Origin: Candidatus Bathyarchaeota archaeon
GTDB taxonomy: Archaea > Thermoproteota > Bathyarchaeia > Bathyarchaeales > Bathycorpusculaceae
Assembly (NCBI GenBank): GCA_963832745.1
Contig: CAWHVC010000004.1
Location: 203,604-267,603 of the forward strand
DNA length: 64,000 nt
Reading direction: 5' to 3'
This document shows positions 29,069 through 38,593 of the stretch, one piece after another. Made by a program: the position numbers and the translations under genes. Position 1 is the first letter of the stretch, and each line of letters opens with the position of its first letter. The notes beneath the pieces were generated by a model, which saw nothing but the letters and a program-made list of their open reading frames with translations, was not told the origin of the DNA and made no database searches.

Positions 29069-29572
29069 CTAAAGCGGCGAAAGCAACTCTTTAAGCCAAC
29101 ATTCAACCTGTTCCGAAGCCGCCACAAGCTCAGCCGACAAGCCTTCGCCAAACTCTATTTTTTTAGGTTGAATCAAAAGCAAAGCAATCTTGGCGCCCGT
29201 GGCTTCTTTAAGGTAATCACTAAAAACTCGTAAAGGCAAAACATGTGTGCTAAACGCTGAGAAACCCGCAACCTGCTCGGGAAAAACCAGCCGCGCCTCT
29301 CCAGGCACCAACTCTAACATTGCAGCGTCAATCAGCAGCACGTGTGAAGGTTTGAATTCTTCGATTTCGAGGATATAATTTTCGGGTATGGTCTCGCATT
29401 CGATTAGGCATATGTTGGCTGAGAGTTTGTCCTGGAGTTGCTGGACTATTTTTGTTCCCACGAAATCGTCGCTACGTATGGGGTTTCCAATGCCTGCAAT
29501 AACCACTCTGTCAGCGTTGCTGAACCAGTTTTTAAGTTGCCTATAAATTTCAGTTTGAGGCATAAACTCCAC
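29069..29572 (-). CDS. hycI: hydrogenase maturation endopeptidase (HycI type)
   Basis: GIGNPIRSDDFVG, ETIPEN, IDAA, STHVLPL. Confidence 0.88.
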   Translation of the reverse strand: MEFMPQTEIYRQLKNWFSNADRVVIAGIGNPIRSDDFVGTKIVQQLQDKLSANICLIECETIPENYILEIEEFKPSHVLLIDAAMLELVPGEARLVFPEQVAGFSAFSTHVLPLRVFSDYLKEATGAKIALLLIQPKKIEFGEGLSAELVAASEQVECWLKELLSPL

Positions 29573-29611
29573 AAAACATTAAGCGCGAGAGGCAAGAAAA
29601 ATGTTGCTTGC

Positions 29612-29962
29612 TTATTCTTCTTCTTGGCCGATGAAGCGTCTTATGGTTTCCACGATTTCTTGAACTTCAGAAGGCTTAAGCGGTGGGTCATAAGGAATCC
29701 TGAGAACTTCCCATCCTTGCAGTTCAAGCAACTCTACGATTTCTTCGTCTTTCTGTAGTTGCTTGTCTTTCTTGTGAACCTGTCTCCCGTCAAGGTAAAC
29801 GACTTTCTTAAGGTTGACCCAACAGAAGTCAGGAATTGTTGCTTTGAGGATGATGGGTTGCTGTGTTACCATGTTTGTGGTTAATCCTGCTGCGCTTAGG
29901 GCTGAGAAAACGCTGATTTCGCCTTTGCTGACTTTTGGATGCATGCGTTCTTTGTAACTCAC
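29612..29962 (-). CDS. Vsr/DUF559-like endonuclease-fold protein
   Basis: PDF...VYLDGxxxH...D...GWEVLRI. Confidence 0.7.
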   Translation of the reverse strand: MSYKERMHPKVSKGEISVFSALSAAGLTTNMVTQQPIILKATIPDFCWVNLKKVVYLDGRQVHKKDKQLQKDEEIVELLELQGWEVLRIPYDPPLKPSEVQEIVETIRRFIGQEEE

Positions 29963-30315
29963 CGTTAACTACCAAAGGATGCATGTGTAACATATCCTTA
30001 ATAAACAATCAACAAGATGGCGCGTTAAAAAGTGATGATGTAACTGGGGAACTAAAAGGAGGCTTGGACAAGTCGCCCCTCGTACCAAACCGCAGACCAA
30101 AAAAAGCCCCGAGCAGTTAGGTCCACCAGTCGTGCGGCTTGCGTAACAGCTGACCTGCCAAGCGTGGGTGTATCTCTTGGATGGCTATTTCTCTCGCAAA
30201 TAAACAACTATTTTGCAGGTATAAATGGAGTTGTGGTTGTGTCGGTGCAACAACAAGCGTGTAAGCTCTGCCGTATTTGACTTAAAAATAAGGGGTAACG
30301 TTTTGATTTTTTACC

Positions 30316-30534
30316 CTAATTTGCCAAGATTTCTTGGTTTTCTTCAAACGGAATGGCGCCGATGGTAACGTGGTCTTTGGTTTGTTTTGTCTGCTTAACT
30401 TGTGGTTTTGCTGAACTGGATTGGCCTGCTACATACATTACCCAGCCTATGGCAAATAAGCAAACTACTAGTGGGAGAAGTAAAACCATTAATGGCTTGT
30501 TCCGTTTAATTTTGTTTAATGCTGCCAACTTCAA
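30316..30534 (-). CDS. small single-TM hypothetical protein
   Basis: 72 aa with one hydrophobic helix. Confidence 0.5.
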   Translation of the reverse strand: MKLAALNKIKRNKPLMVLLLPLVVCLFAIGWVMYVAGQSSSAKPQVKQTKQTKDHVTIGAIPFEENQEILAN

Positions 30535-30637
30535 ACCCTAGTAACCCCTTTTCTGTTTGTTATAAGATAAGGGTTGCTTGCTTAAAATCTTAACTCAAAA
30601 TACATACGATACATAAAAAAGGAAAGTGTTGGCTGCA

Positions 30638-33052
30638 TTAATGTTCTAACCGTTTTTCCTCGCCAAAAGGCGAAAACTGCCTAAGCCGCTCCGCCATAAC
30701 CCCCAACTGCTTATCAACCAAATAATTCACTGTGCCCTCCTCAAAACTGCCATCCTCACGTCGCACACCAGCTTTTCTGCCAGTCAGCACTTCAATGCCC
30801 TCGTCAATAGTTTTAACGGAGTAAATGTTGAATTTGCCAGCCTTCACCGCTTCAACAACCTCTTCCTTAAGCATTAAATTCTGCACGTTACTTTCAGGAA
30901 TCATAACTCCTTGCTGACCCGTTAAGCCTTTAAGTTTGCAGACTTCAAAGAAGCCCTCAATTTTTTCGTTAACTCCGCCTATTGCTTGAACTTCACCTTT
31001 CTGGTTTACTGAACCTGTAACTGCAAGGTTTTGCTTAATTGGTAGCCCCGAAAGCGCGGAGAGAATCGTGTACAGTTCTGTGCTTGATGCGCTGTCGCCT
31101 TCGACGCCTTCATAATTCTGTTCAAACACTAACCTTGCTGAGAGGCTTAATGGTTTGTCGCGGGCGTATTTGTCGTTGATGTAGCCGCTCAGTATCAAGA
31201 CGCCTTTGGTGTGGATTGGACCGCCCATTTTGGCTTCACGTTCAATGTCAACTACGCCTTCTCTGCCAAGGCCGATGCTTGCAGTTACGCGTGAAGGCAT
31301 TCCAAACGTGAAGTCACCCAACCCAGCTACTGATAAACCGTTTGTTTGACCCACGCGTTCCTCCACTGTGTCAATTAAGAAGAAGCCGCGTTGAATCATT
31401 TCCTGAATCTTTTCCTGCACAAGTTTTGAACGGTAAATTTTTTCTTCAATAGCATTTTTTACATGTTGGCTGGTTACATATTCCGAGTTTTCTTGGTCAG
31501 CGTAAAAACTGGCTTCTCTAGCTAAATCGCTAATGAGCGAGAATTGTGTGGAAAGTTTGTATTGGTCTTCTGCTAGTCTTGAGCTGTATTCGATTATTTT
31601 TGCTAAGGCTGAGCTTTCAAAATGTTTTAGGTTTTCTTTACTGCAGAGCATGCAGACAAAAGCTGCGTATTGTCGGACGTTTTCGTCATTGCGGTTCATT
31701 GTTGTATCGAATTCTGCTTTTACTTTGAAGAGTTCCCGAAAGTCGGTGTCCATTGAAAACATTAACTGGTAAAGGTATGGGGTGCCGATTAGCATGATTT
31801 TGGCGGTTAACGGGATTGGTTGGGGCTTTATCGTTTTTATGCTGATGAAGCCGTAGCGTTCTTCGGGTTCTTCGATTACAATGTTTTGGTCTCTTATGCA
31901 CCGTTTTAAGCCGTCATACGAGAAAGGGTTTCTAAGAAGGTCTTCAACTTGCACTATTAGGTAGCCTCCGTTTGCTTTATGCAGGGCGCCGGCGCGGATC
32001 ATGGTGAAGTCGGTGGTTAAGGCGCCGAATTGGGCTTCTTTTTCTGTTCTGCCAAAAAGGTTATGGTAAGTAGGGTTTACCTCTATTACTAATGGTGCCC
32101 CTTTAGTGTCTGAGTTGTCTACGATGACGTTGACTTCATATTTTTTGAAGGGTTCTTCTCGTGCCCAAGGAACGGGGAACGGTAACTGCTGTTGCTGAGC
32201 GCTGCCTCGACGGGTGAATTGGGTTAAATTGTCTAAAATGTCGTTTTGTACTTCTTTAAGGTAGCCTGTTACTTCTGTTACTTCACGGTACTTCATCATT
32301 AAACTGTCAATCTGGGAACCTGTAGCGTACAATGCAACTTCCCGGTTTAGTTTCTTTACTGCTTCATGTATTTGCCGTTCCATATCGATAAGTTGCCTCA
32401 TCGTGTTTTGTAGTTCAGCTTCAAGCTTGTCATGTTTTTCTTGAAGGCTCTGTTTGGTTTTTTGTGGAAGAGCTAAAATTTCTTCTTCTGTTAATGGTCT
32501 GCCGTCTAAAACTGGGATAAGCAGCAGTCCGACTGGGGAGCTTTGAATTATGAAGCCTTCATTTTGGGCTTTTGCGGTTAATTCGTCAATTAAGTTTTTG
32601 CGTTGAACTTCTAAGCCTTTAAGTGTAGATTCTCGGCGTTTAACGTAGTCTTCGCTTTCAAAAGCTTTAGGTAATGAGGATTTGATGTTTTCAATAAAAT
32701 TTTTCATGTCTGTTTGGAAGTCTTTTCCTTTTCCAGAGGGCAATTTTATGGCTTTAGGTTCATACTGGTTACCGAAATTGTTAACGTAGCACCAGTCAGG
32801 GGGAACCGGCTGGGTTTTGGCGGTTTGGTCGATAAAGCTTTTTACTGCAGTTTTTCGGCCCGTGCCGGGGTAGCCTGAAACGTAAATGTTAAAACCGTGA
32901 TTTTTGATGCCTATACCAAACTTTAAAGCTCTAATCGCTCGTTCTTGGCCTACAATTTCGGCGAGCGGTTTTAGGTCTTTGGTTGATTCACACTGTAAAC
33001 TTTTAGGGTCACAAGTATTACGCAGTTTCTCTAGTGGTACTTGGGTTACCAA
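30638..33052 (-). CDS. Lon-like protease, LonC/AAA_32 type
   Basis: IVGQERA, GTGRKT, coiled coil, GALHKANGG, VEGDSAS Ser, TGSVNQKG..GGVNEKIEGFF Lys; no TM segment. Confidence 0.9.
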   Translation of the reverse strand: MVTQVPLEKLRNTCDPKSLQCESTKDLKPLAEIVGQERAIRALKFGIGIKNHGFNIYVSGYPGTGRKTAVKSFIDQTAKTQPVPPDWCYVNNFGNQYEPKAIKLPSGKGKDFQTDMKNFIENIKSSLPKAFESEDYVKRRESTLKGLEVQRKNLIDELTAKAQNEGFIIQSSPVGLLLIPVLDGRPLTEEEILALPQKTKQSLQEKHDKLEAELQNTMRQLIDMERQIHEAVKKLNREVALYATGSQIDSLMMKYREVTEVTGYLKEVQNDILDNLTQFTRRGSAQQQQLPFPVPWAREEPFKKYEVNVIVDNSDTKGAPLVIEVNPTYHNLFGRTEKEAQFGALTTDFTMIRAGALHKANGGYLIVQVEDLLRNPFSYDGLKRCIRDQNIVIEEPEERYGFISIKTIKPQPIPLTAKIMLIGTPYLYQLMFSMDTDFRELFKVKAEFDTTMNRNDENVRQYAAFVCMLCSKENLKHFESSALAKIIEYSSRLAEDQYKLSTQFSLISDLAREASFYADQENSEYVTSQHVKNAIEEKIYRSKLVQEKIQEMIQRGFFLIDTVEERVGQTNGLSVAGLGDFTFGMPSRVTASIGLGREGVVDIEREAKMGGPIHTKGVLILSGYINDKYARDKPLSLSARLVFEQNYEGVEGDSASSTELYTILSALSGLPIKQNLAVTGSVNQKGEVQAIGGVNEKIEGFFEVCKLKGLTGQQGVMIPESNVQNLMLKEEVVEAVKAGKFNIYSVKTIDEGIEVLTGRKAGVRREDGSFEEGTVNYLVDKQLGVMAERLRQFSPFGEEKRLEH

Positions 33053-33140
33053 AATTAAAAACTCCTTCTATAAATTATCAGGAACTGTTACTTTTATGCT
33101 TTAACCCTGCCAACCAACCTGCAAAAGAAAACGGCGGAAG

Positions 33141-33689
33141 TTACAGTTTTAACGTTAAAAACCGTTTTAAAATGTCTGGGTTTCTGACTTCAGGATGGAA
33201 AAGCACGCCATAAACGTTTTTTTGTTTGTGTTTTATGGCTTGAATATGTTTACCTGACTGTGCAAGCACTTCAAAGTTGTCTGATGGGACAACACTGTAG
33301 TTGTGTAGTGTGTAAACGTTAAAGTTGCCTTCGAAAAGCGGGTTGTCTTTTACGGTTTGGATTTCGGTCATTCCAATTTTCAGGCAGGGCGTCAATGGGT
33401 TATCGAAGAGGAGGCTGATGGTTTGCATTCCTGCGCAGATGCCCAGAATTGGGTTGTCAAAATTTTTTATCCAGTTGAATTTGTCGAGGTGTTTTTGTGT
33501 TTCGTGGTCTTTTAGGGTGTTTCCCGAAAGAATGATTTTGTCTGCTTTTTCAAGTTCGGCGGGTTTAATTTCCATGTAATGCTTACTTGTGCATTCTTCC
33601 AGTGGCTCCACCACGTTGACTATGGCTTGGACAAACTCGTTAAAAGCCAAAGAATCTCTTTTCCAATTCATGTCAACAACAAGAATCAT
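33141..33689 (-). CDS. class I glutamine amidotransferase (GMP synthase subunit A-like)
   Basis: ILSG, PILGICAGMQ, FHPE triad. Confidence 0.88.
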   Translation of the reverse strand: MILVVDMNWKRDSLAFNEFVQAIVNVVEPLEECTSKHYMEIKPAELEKADKIILSGNTLKDHETQKHLDKFNWIKNFDNPILGICAGMQTISLLFDNPLTPCLKIGMTEIQTVKDNPLFEGNFNVYTLHNYSVVPSDNFEVLAQSGKHIQAIKHKQKNVYGVLFHPEVRNPDILKRFLTLKL

Positions 33690-34366
33690 TTCTGCACCAA
33701 CCGCGCCTTCTTGATAACGTAGACTCCTGAACTATAATTCCACATTACATCCGATTCAGCTACTTGGATTTTCTGCTTGAACATGGGGGCATCAAGCACG
33801 GTGGTTTCGATTTCTCCACCTTCACCCGTAACGCTGATGCCGTATTTTTCTGCCAATTCTGAAAGCTGCTCAATCATGCTGTAGTCTAACGGTTTGCCCA
33901 GCCACGACTCGTTTAACGGGTACGCAAACACGCCCGAAATAACCACTTCAAAACGGCGTTCAAGCAACGTTTCAAGCAGCGCTTTCTGGTTATGTTTCCA
34001 AAGAGGGTTGAAACACCACAGATCCAACTTGTTACAAATCCGTTGCACCCTTGAGGCTTGATAAACAGACTCTACCGCGCCAGTAACCACGCCTTCGATG
34101 CCATACTGGGTTTTGGCTTGCAAAATCGCGCATTCCAAGTCGGCAAGCTCCTTCTCTTTGCGTCCTTGCGTTTCAACCGTGACAAGCGGCAAATCCAAAG
34201 CTTGCGCCTGAAGCTGAGTCATGTCAACGTTGGGCGTGTGAAACATGTAACTTTCCTTGTTGACGGAAACCACTGTTATAAGGCAGGTTACCTCTTCTTT
34301 TTCCGAGGCCAAATGCAAGGCAAGCGTGGAATCCTTGCCGCCTGAAAACAACACGCCAAGCTTCAT
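33686..34366 (-). CDS. diphthine--ammonia ligase family (Dph6-like) PP-loop ATPase
   Basis: LFSGGKDS, SYMFH, GAVESVYQ, PLW, GEGGEIETTVLDAP. Confidence 0.88.
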   Translation of the reverse strand: MKLGVLFSGGKDSTLALHLASEKEEVTCLITVVSVNKESYMFHTPNVDMTQLQAQALDLPLVTVETQGRKEKELADLECAILQAKTQYGIEGVVTGAVESVYQASRVQRICNKLDLWCFNPLWKHNQKALLETLLERRFEVVISGVFAYPLNESWLGKPLDYSMIEQLSELAEKYGISVTGEGGEIETTVLDAPMFKQKIQVAESDVMWNYSSGVYVIKKARLVQK

Positions 34367-34423
34367 TTGAGTAGTCATACATGAAAACCTGCTTATATAC
34401 ACTCCAACATGTACCCTGCCATT

Positions 34424-35020
34424 CTAGCCAGCCTGTTGATTTAATTCAATCAAAATATTGTCACGATTAGAAATGCTGATTTTGCAGACGGCGTTTGCTG
34501 TTCCATCGTCCATGTCTGCGTTAAGCGTGGTATAAGCGCTTCCATTAACAACTAAGGTTTCTCCAGCATTGATTCGATCAATATTGAATGTTCCTTGCTG
34601 TCCAATTTGGGCGCCGCTTTCCTTATCAAAAAAACAGAACTTTGCAGTTAACCCACAGAGGGGCAACACGTCGCTGTTATGGATGGTGACATTTACTGGA
34701 TGGCTAACTGTAACACCTCCAAGTGGGTACCAGCCTTTATTCCAATACGCCTGAGTAATCTTAACATTCAGGTGACGTTCAAGAGCAAGCTGGTAAGTAA
34801 ACTCGCTTAAATCCTCTTGGTTTAGGGTTTGAAGCTCATTCATTTGGGCTTGCAGAGTGCTGTTTTGGGTGCTTAGTTCAATGTTTTGCGTTTCAAGCTG
34901 GTTTACTTTTGCTTGTAGTTCACCAAATTGGCTGTAAATGGCAATTGAGATTACCGATAAGATGACAATGACTGCGGTTAATATGACGGTTAAGGTTTTA
35001 CTTTTCATGTTCAAACCCAT
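34424..35020 (-). CDS. hypothetical membrane-anchored coiled-coil/Ig-like protein
   Basis: N-terminal TM, heptad coiled coil, beta-rich C-terminus. Confidence 0.6.
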   Translation of the reverse strand: MGLNMKSKTLTVILTAVIVILSVISIAIYSQFGELQAKVNQLETQNIELSTQNSTLQAQMNELQTLNQEDLSEFTYQLALERHLNVKITQAYWNKGWYPLGGVTVSHPVNVTIHNSDVLPLCGLTAKFCFFDKESGAQIGQQGTFNIDRINAGETLVVNGSAYTTLNADMDDGTANAVCKISISNRDNILIELNQQAG

Positions 35021-35410
35021 TTAACCCTTGGTTTAAGTTACGTTAAATTGTTTTCTGTTCAGTTTCTATTTGATTAATTTGTTGATTTCTATCAGAGGCA
35101 CGGGTGCTGTTTACTGCTTTTCACTGCCTGTTCTGCTGATTGTTTTTGATTTACTTGTCTTTTATTGACGCTAGCCGCCTTTTTTTGACGCACTTTGACG
35201 TGCTCTGCAAACGTTTCGGGTTTAGAATCAAAAAAGCAACCCAAAACAAACCCTACAAAAACACAAAAAATTTTGCTGAAAAAGCAAAGAAAACAAAAGT
35301 AATAAAAAAACCAAAAAATCTCTAGAAGGGTAGCTCCGTATTAGCATTTTTTCTTGCCATTGGTATGTTGGAAAACAGTAAAAAATAAAGTTGAAAGGGA
35401 AAAAAGTCCC

Positions 35411-36598
35411 TTAGTATTTGACGTTGCAGACGTTGGGTACTGCTTTTAGTTGTGCCACAATTTCTGGTGTGGCTTGTTGATGCAAGACATAGACGCTGAT
35501 TGCATAGCCAGTGTTGATTTGGCGGCTGTAGTTTGCGCGGATGTTAATGTTGTTATCGCCGAGAACCTTGTCAATGTTTGCAAATACACCTGGGATGTCT
35601 TTGTGGTGGATGAAGAGTGTAAAGACTTGCTTTTCTTCTACTTCGATGCTTTCGCCTGCGTTTACGGCGTTGGTGAAGTCTCCGCCTTGAAGGTATGCTG
35701 ATAGGACACGGGCGATTTCGGTTGATGTTGCTACTTGAGCTTCAACAGTTGATGCGCCAAGGTGGCTGCTTAGCACGACGTTGTCAAGTTCTTTGAGTTT
35801 ATCATTAAATGCGTCGCCTTCAGCTTTGGGCTCTTCCTTGTAAACATCCGTTGCGTAACCGCCAAGCTTCTTCTCCTTAAGCGCCGTGAACAAAGCATCT
35901 TGGTCGATGTTATTGCCCCTTGAAGTGTTCACAATAAAAGCTGTCGGCTTCATCATAGCCAATTCTTCTGCCCCAACAATAATGTTTTTGCCGCCCGTAT
36001 GAATGCTGACGTAGTCGGCTTTAGCAAGAACCTCTTCTTTTGTCATGAACTTAATACCGCTTTCCTGATTAGGACAAATATCATACCCGACAACTTCCAT
36101 GTCAAAACCGCGTTTCGCGATTTGAGCAAGCTTCTGCCCAATCCTACCGCAGCCAATAATGCCCAACGTTTTGTAGGCAAGCTCCCTACCTTCAAGCTTC
36201 TTCTTAATCCAAACACCATTCTTCAATGAATGATGCGCCTGAGGCGTATTACGAGAAATACTAAGCATCAAATCAATCGCCAACTCCGCAACCGCATTAG
36301 TGCTCCCGTACGGTGCAATCTTTACAACGATACCGTTTTCTGAAGCCGCCGCCGCGTCAATGTTGTCAAAGCCGACTCCTGCACGTCCAATAATTTTGAG
36401 TTTTCCTTTTGCGCCTGCTTCAATAACTTCTCGTGTAACTTTGGTGGCGCTTCTAACTACTAAAGCGTCAAACTGGCCTATTTCAGCGATTAACCCGTTT
36501 AAATCGCGTTTTTTAGTGTCAGTTTCTATGCCAGCTTCTTGGAAGATTTTTATGCCTTCCTTTTCTAATCCATCGTTTAAGAGTACTTTCAACTGCAA
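35411..36598 (-). CDS. serA: D-3-phosphoglycerate dehydrogenase with ACT domain
   Basis: VVRSATKV, GRAGVGFDNID, GCGRIG, HLGASTVEAQ, HKDIPGV ACT domain. Confidence 0.92.
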   Translation of the reverse strand: MQLKVLLNDGLEKEGIKIFQEAGIETDTKKRDLNGLIAEIGQFDALVVRSATKVTREVIEAGAKGKLKIIGRAGVGFDNIDAAAASENGIVVKIAPYGSTNAVAELAIDLMLSISRNTPQAHHSLKNGVWIKKKLEGRELAYKTLGIIGCGRIGQKLAQIAKRGFDMEVVGYDICPNQESGIKFMTKEEVLAKADYVSIHTGGKNIIVGAEELAMMKPTAFIVNTSRGNNIDQDALFTALKEKKLGGYATDVYKEEPKAEGDAFNDKLKELDNVVLSSHLGASTVEAQVATSTEIARVLSAYLQGGDFTNAVNAGESIEVEEKQVFTLFIHHKDIPGVFANIDKVLGDNNINIRANYSRQINTGYAISVYVLHQQATPEIVAQLKAVPNVCNVKY

Positions 36599-36675
36599 GA
36601 GTCTCCTTTAGAGATTAACAGAAAGTTGATTGTATTTGTTGATTAATAAAGTTCTCCTTAAACAAGAAGACGGTT

Positions 36676-36948
36676 TTATGCTTTCTTTCTAACTTTCGGC
36701 TTACTAACCCTTGTTGAAGCAATATCAAACGTGTTTACTTCATGACAATAAGGACATTTGAGGCGTCGCCTGTTCCCATACCGTAATGAGGTCAAGGTTG
36801 CTCCTGGAATCCAATGGAAATTAAACACTTTCCGACAGTTTGGACAAACCAGCCTTGAAGTATAATGCGGGCCGTACCGTGGCAGCAAAATAAAAAAGAT
36901 AAAGAAACCAATCACCACGATGGGCATTAGAACATAAATTAAGTCCAT
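36676..36948 (-). CDS. small TM + zinc-ribbon protein
   Basis: TM helix, CPNC and CPYC. Confidence 0.65.
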   Translation of the reverse strand: MDLIYVLMPIVVIGFFIFFILLPRYGPHYTSRLVCPNCRKVFNFHWIPGATLTSLRYGNRRRLKCPYCHEVNTFDIASTRVSKPKVRKKA

Positions 36949-37041
36949 GAATTTTCAGCATCAAAAAACATTACTTGACCTAATTAATGTTTAGGAAAAA
37001 AACAAAACTAAAACCTGAAAATAAAGAAAGAAAATTTAGAG

Positions 37042-38376
37042 TCACGCCTTAACATAATTTAGGGCTTCCTCAACGCTTTGGAAGCCAAACTTTACTTGAC
37101 TAAACTCCTTCTTAAGCGCCATAACATCAACTTTAACCTGCTCCGGCGTACGCTTACCCTTGATAATATCCAGCATCAAATCACAAAGATGCTTAATATC
37201 ACCCTCACCCATACCATGACGCGTCACATCCTGGAAGCCAATACGCAAACCAGCAGGGTTCTCTTTATCACTCTGGTCATCGTAAGGCAACAAGTTCTTG
37301 TTAAGAATAATATTCGCATCCTCAAGCTCTTGAGCAATCTTGTTGCCGCCGCCAAAACCTCTAACATCAAGCGCAAGCTGATGCGACTTAGTAAAGCCTT
37401 TATGCTCCGCAACCACTTTAACGCCGTTCTCATACAGGTACTGACCTGCAGTTTGCGCGTTTTTAACGATTTGCGACGCCAACTGTTGACCAAAAACCTT
37501 CATTTCAAGGCAGGCAATGCCTAACGCAGGTAACCTGCCAAGATGAGTACTTGAAGCAGTTAATGGAAATATGGAATACTGGATTTTTCTAACAGCCTTC
37601 TCTTTTGCCGGCGTATCGGGCACGCCCATGATGACGCCGCCTTGAGGGCCTGGAAAAGTCTTGTGGGTGGATGCTGTGATAAAGTCTGCGCCTTCACGAA
37701 GTGGATCCTGGAATTGGCCACCTGCAATCAAACCCAGCACGTGGGCTGCGTCGTAAGCTATGTATGCGCCTACTTCGTCACAGACTTCTTTAAGTTCCTT
37801 AATTGGATGTGGAAACAGGAATAGACTGCCGCCAAATGTTACGATGCCCGGTTTAGCGGCGCGGATAACGTAAGCGGATTTTTCTGGATCAATATTAAAC
37901 TCGTTAATGTCATAAACATGGTTGATGTTGTCAATGCCCAAGATGCTGCCTGCAAGCCCTGTGTAATCGTGGCTAATGTGTGCGCCGCAGCTAAGTGGTG
38001 TGACAACCATTTTGTTGTTTTTTGAAGCTAAAGATAAGCCTTTGAACGTGGCAGTGTTTGCGTGAGTGCCAGAAATCAAGCGGACATCAGCCCATGTAGC
38101 GCCAAACAAGCTCTTTACTGCGTCAGTTGCATCGTCTTCGATTTGGGACATGTATTTTTGGCCTTGGTAAAAACGTTTCTTTACATGGCCTTCTCGGTCG
38201 TTTTCGCCTTCTGCGTACCGTGTGGCAAGGTCATGTGACATGTCGAGCATTTGGGAAACAGCGGGTGATTTGATGCCTTCGCTGGCGATCATGTTTATGC
38301 ATTCTTTATCGCGGTATTGTTCGTGTTTTTTTGATGCTTCTATTAGGTCATGGACTATGTTTGGCAGGTCTTTCAT
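37042..38376 (-). CDS. glyA: serine hydroxymethyltransferase
   Basis: NMIASE, YAEG, GAHISH, DAAHVLGL, STHKTFPGPQGG, NKNLLP. Confidence 0.95.
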   Translation of the reverse strand: MKDLPNIVHDLIEASKKHEQYRDKECINMIASEGIKSPAVSQMLDMSHDLATRYAEGENDREGHVKKRFYQGQKYMSQIEDDATDAVKSLFGATWADVRLISGTHANTATFKGLSLASKNNKMVVTPLSCGAHISHDYTGLAGSILGIDNINHVYDINEFNIDPEKSAYVIRAAKPGIVTFGGSLFLFPHPIKELKEVCDEVGAYIAYDAAHVLGLIAGGQFQDPLREGADFITASTHKTFPGPQGGVIMGVPDTPAKEKAVRKIQYSIFPLTASSTHLGRLPALGIACLEMKVFGQQLASQIVKNAQTAGQYLYENGVKVVAEHKGFTKSHQLALDVRGFGGGNKIAQELEDANIILNKNLLPYDDQSDKENPAGLRIGFQDVTRHGMGEGDIKHLCDLMLDIIKGKRTPEQVKVDVMALKKEFSQVKFGFQSVEEALNYVKA

Positions 38377-38518
38377 TGTTTGGTTCCCACGCTGATTACC
38401 CAACGGATTGGGGTTTGCAGTATTTAGCCGTTACTGGCGGGTGTGGTATGTTCAGAGGGTGTGTGGTTGAGGATTTTATTGTTTGGTGAATTTTAAAATG
38501 TTTTGTTGTGTGAACTTT

Positions 38519-38576
38519 TTTAGGTGCTCCTAAATGTTTATATGGGTCCAAAACAAGAAGTTTAGGTGAACCTAAA
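38519..38576 (+). promoter_or_regulatory. two DtxR/SirR-type palindromic operators flanking a TATA box
   Basis: TTTAGGTGCTCCTAAA (38519-38534) and TTTAGGTGAACCTAAA (38561-38576) either side of TTTATAT (38537-38543), upstream of the DtxR-family gene. Confidence 0.8.
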
Positions 38577-38593
38577 TTAAGGTTGGGGAACAA

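Noticed and set aside
30020-30165. c-di-AMP (ydaO) or cobalamin riboswitch, or C/D box sRNA, on the plus strand (GGGGAAC, ACAGCTGACCTGCCAAGCG, GTGATGA)
   Set aside because: Only short look-alike words; the required pairings and box spacing are not met, and there is no plus-strand gene downstream
38425-38470. ZTP (pfl) riboswitch suggested by ACTGGCGG..GTGG
   Set aside because: Wrong strand for glyA, and the 3' CGCCTGGG part is missing
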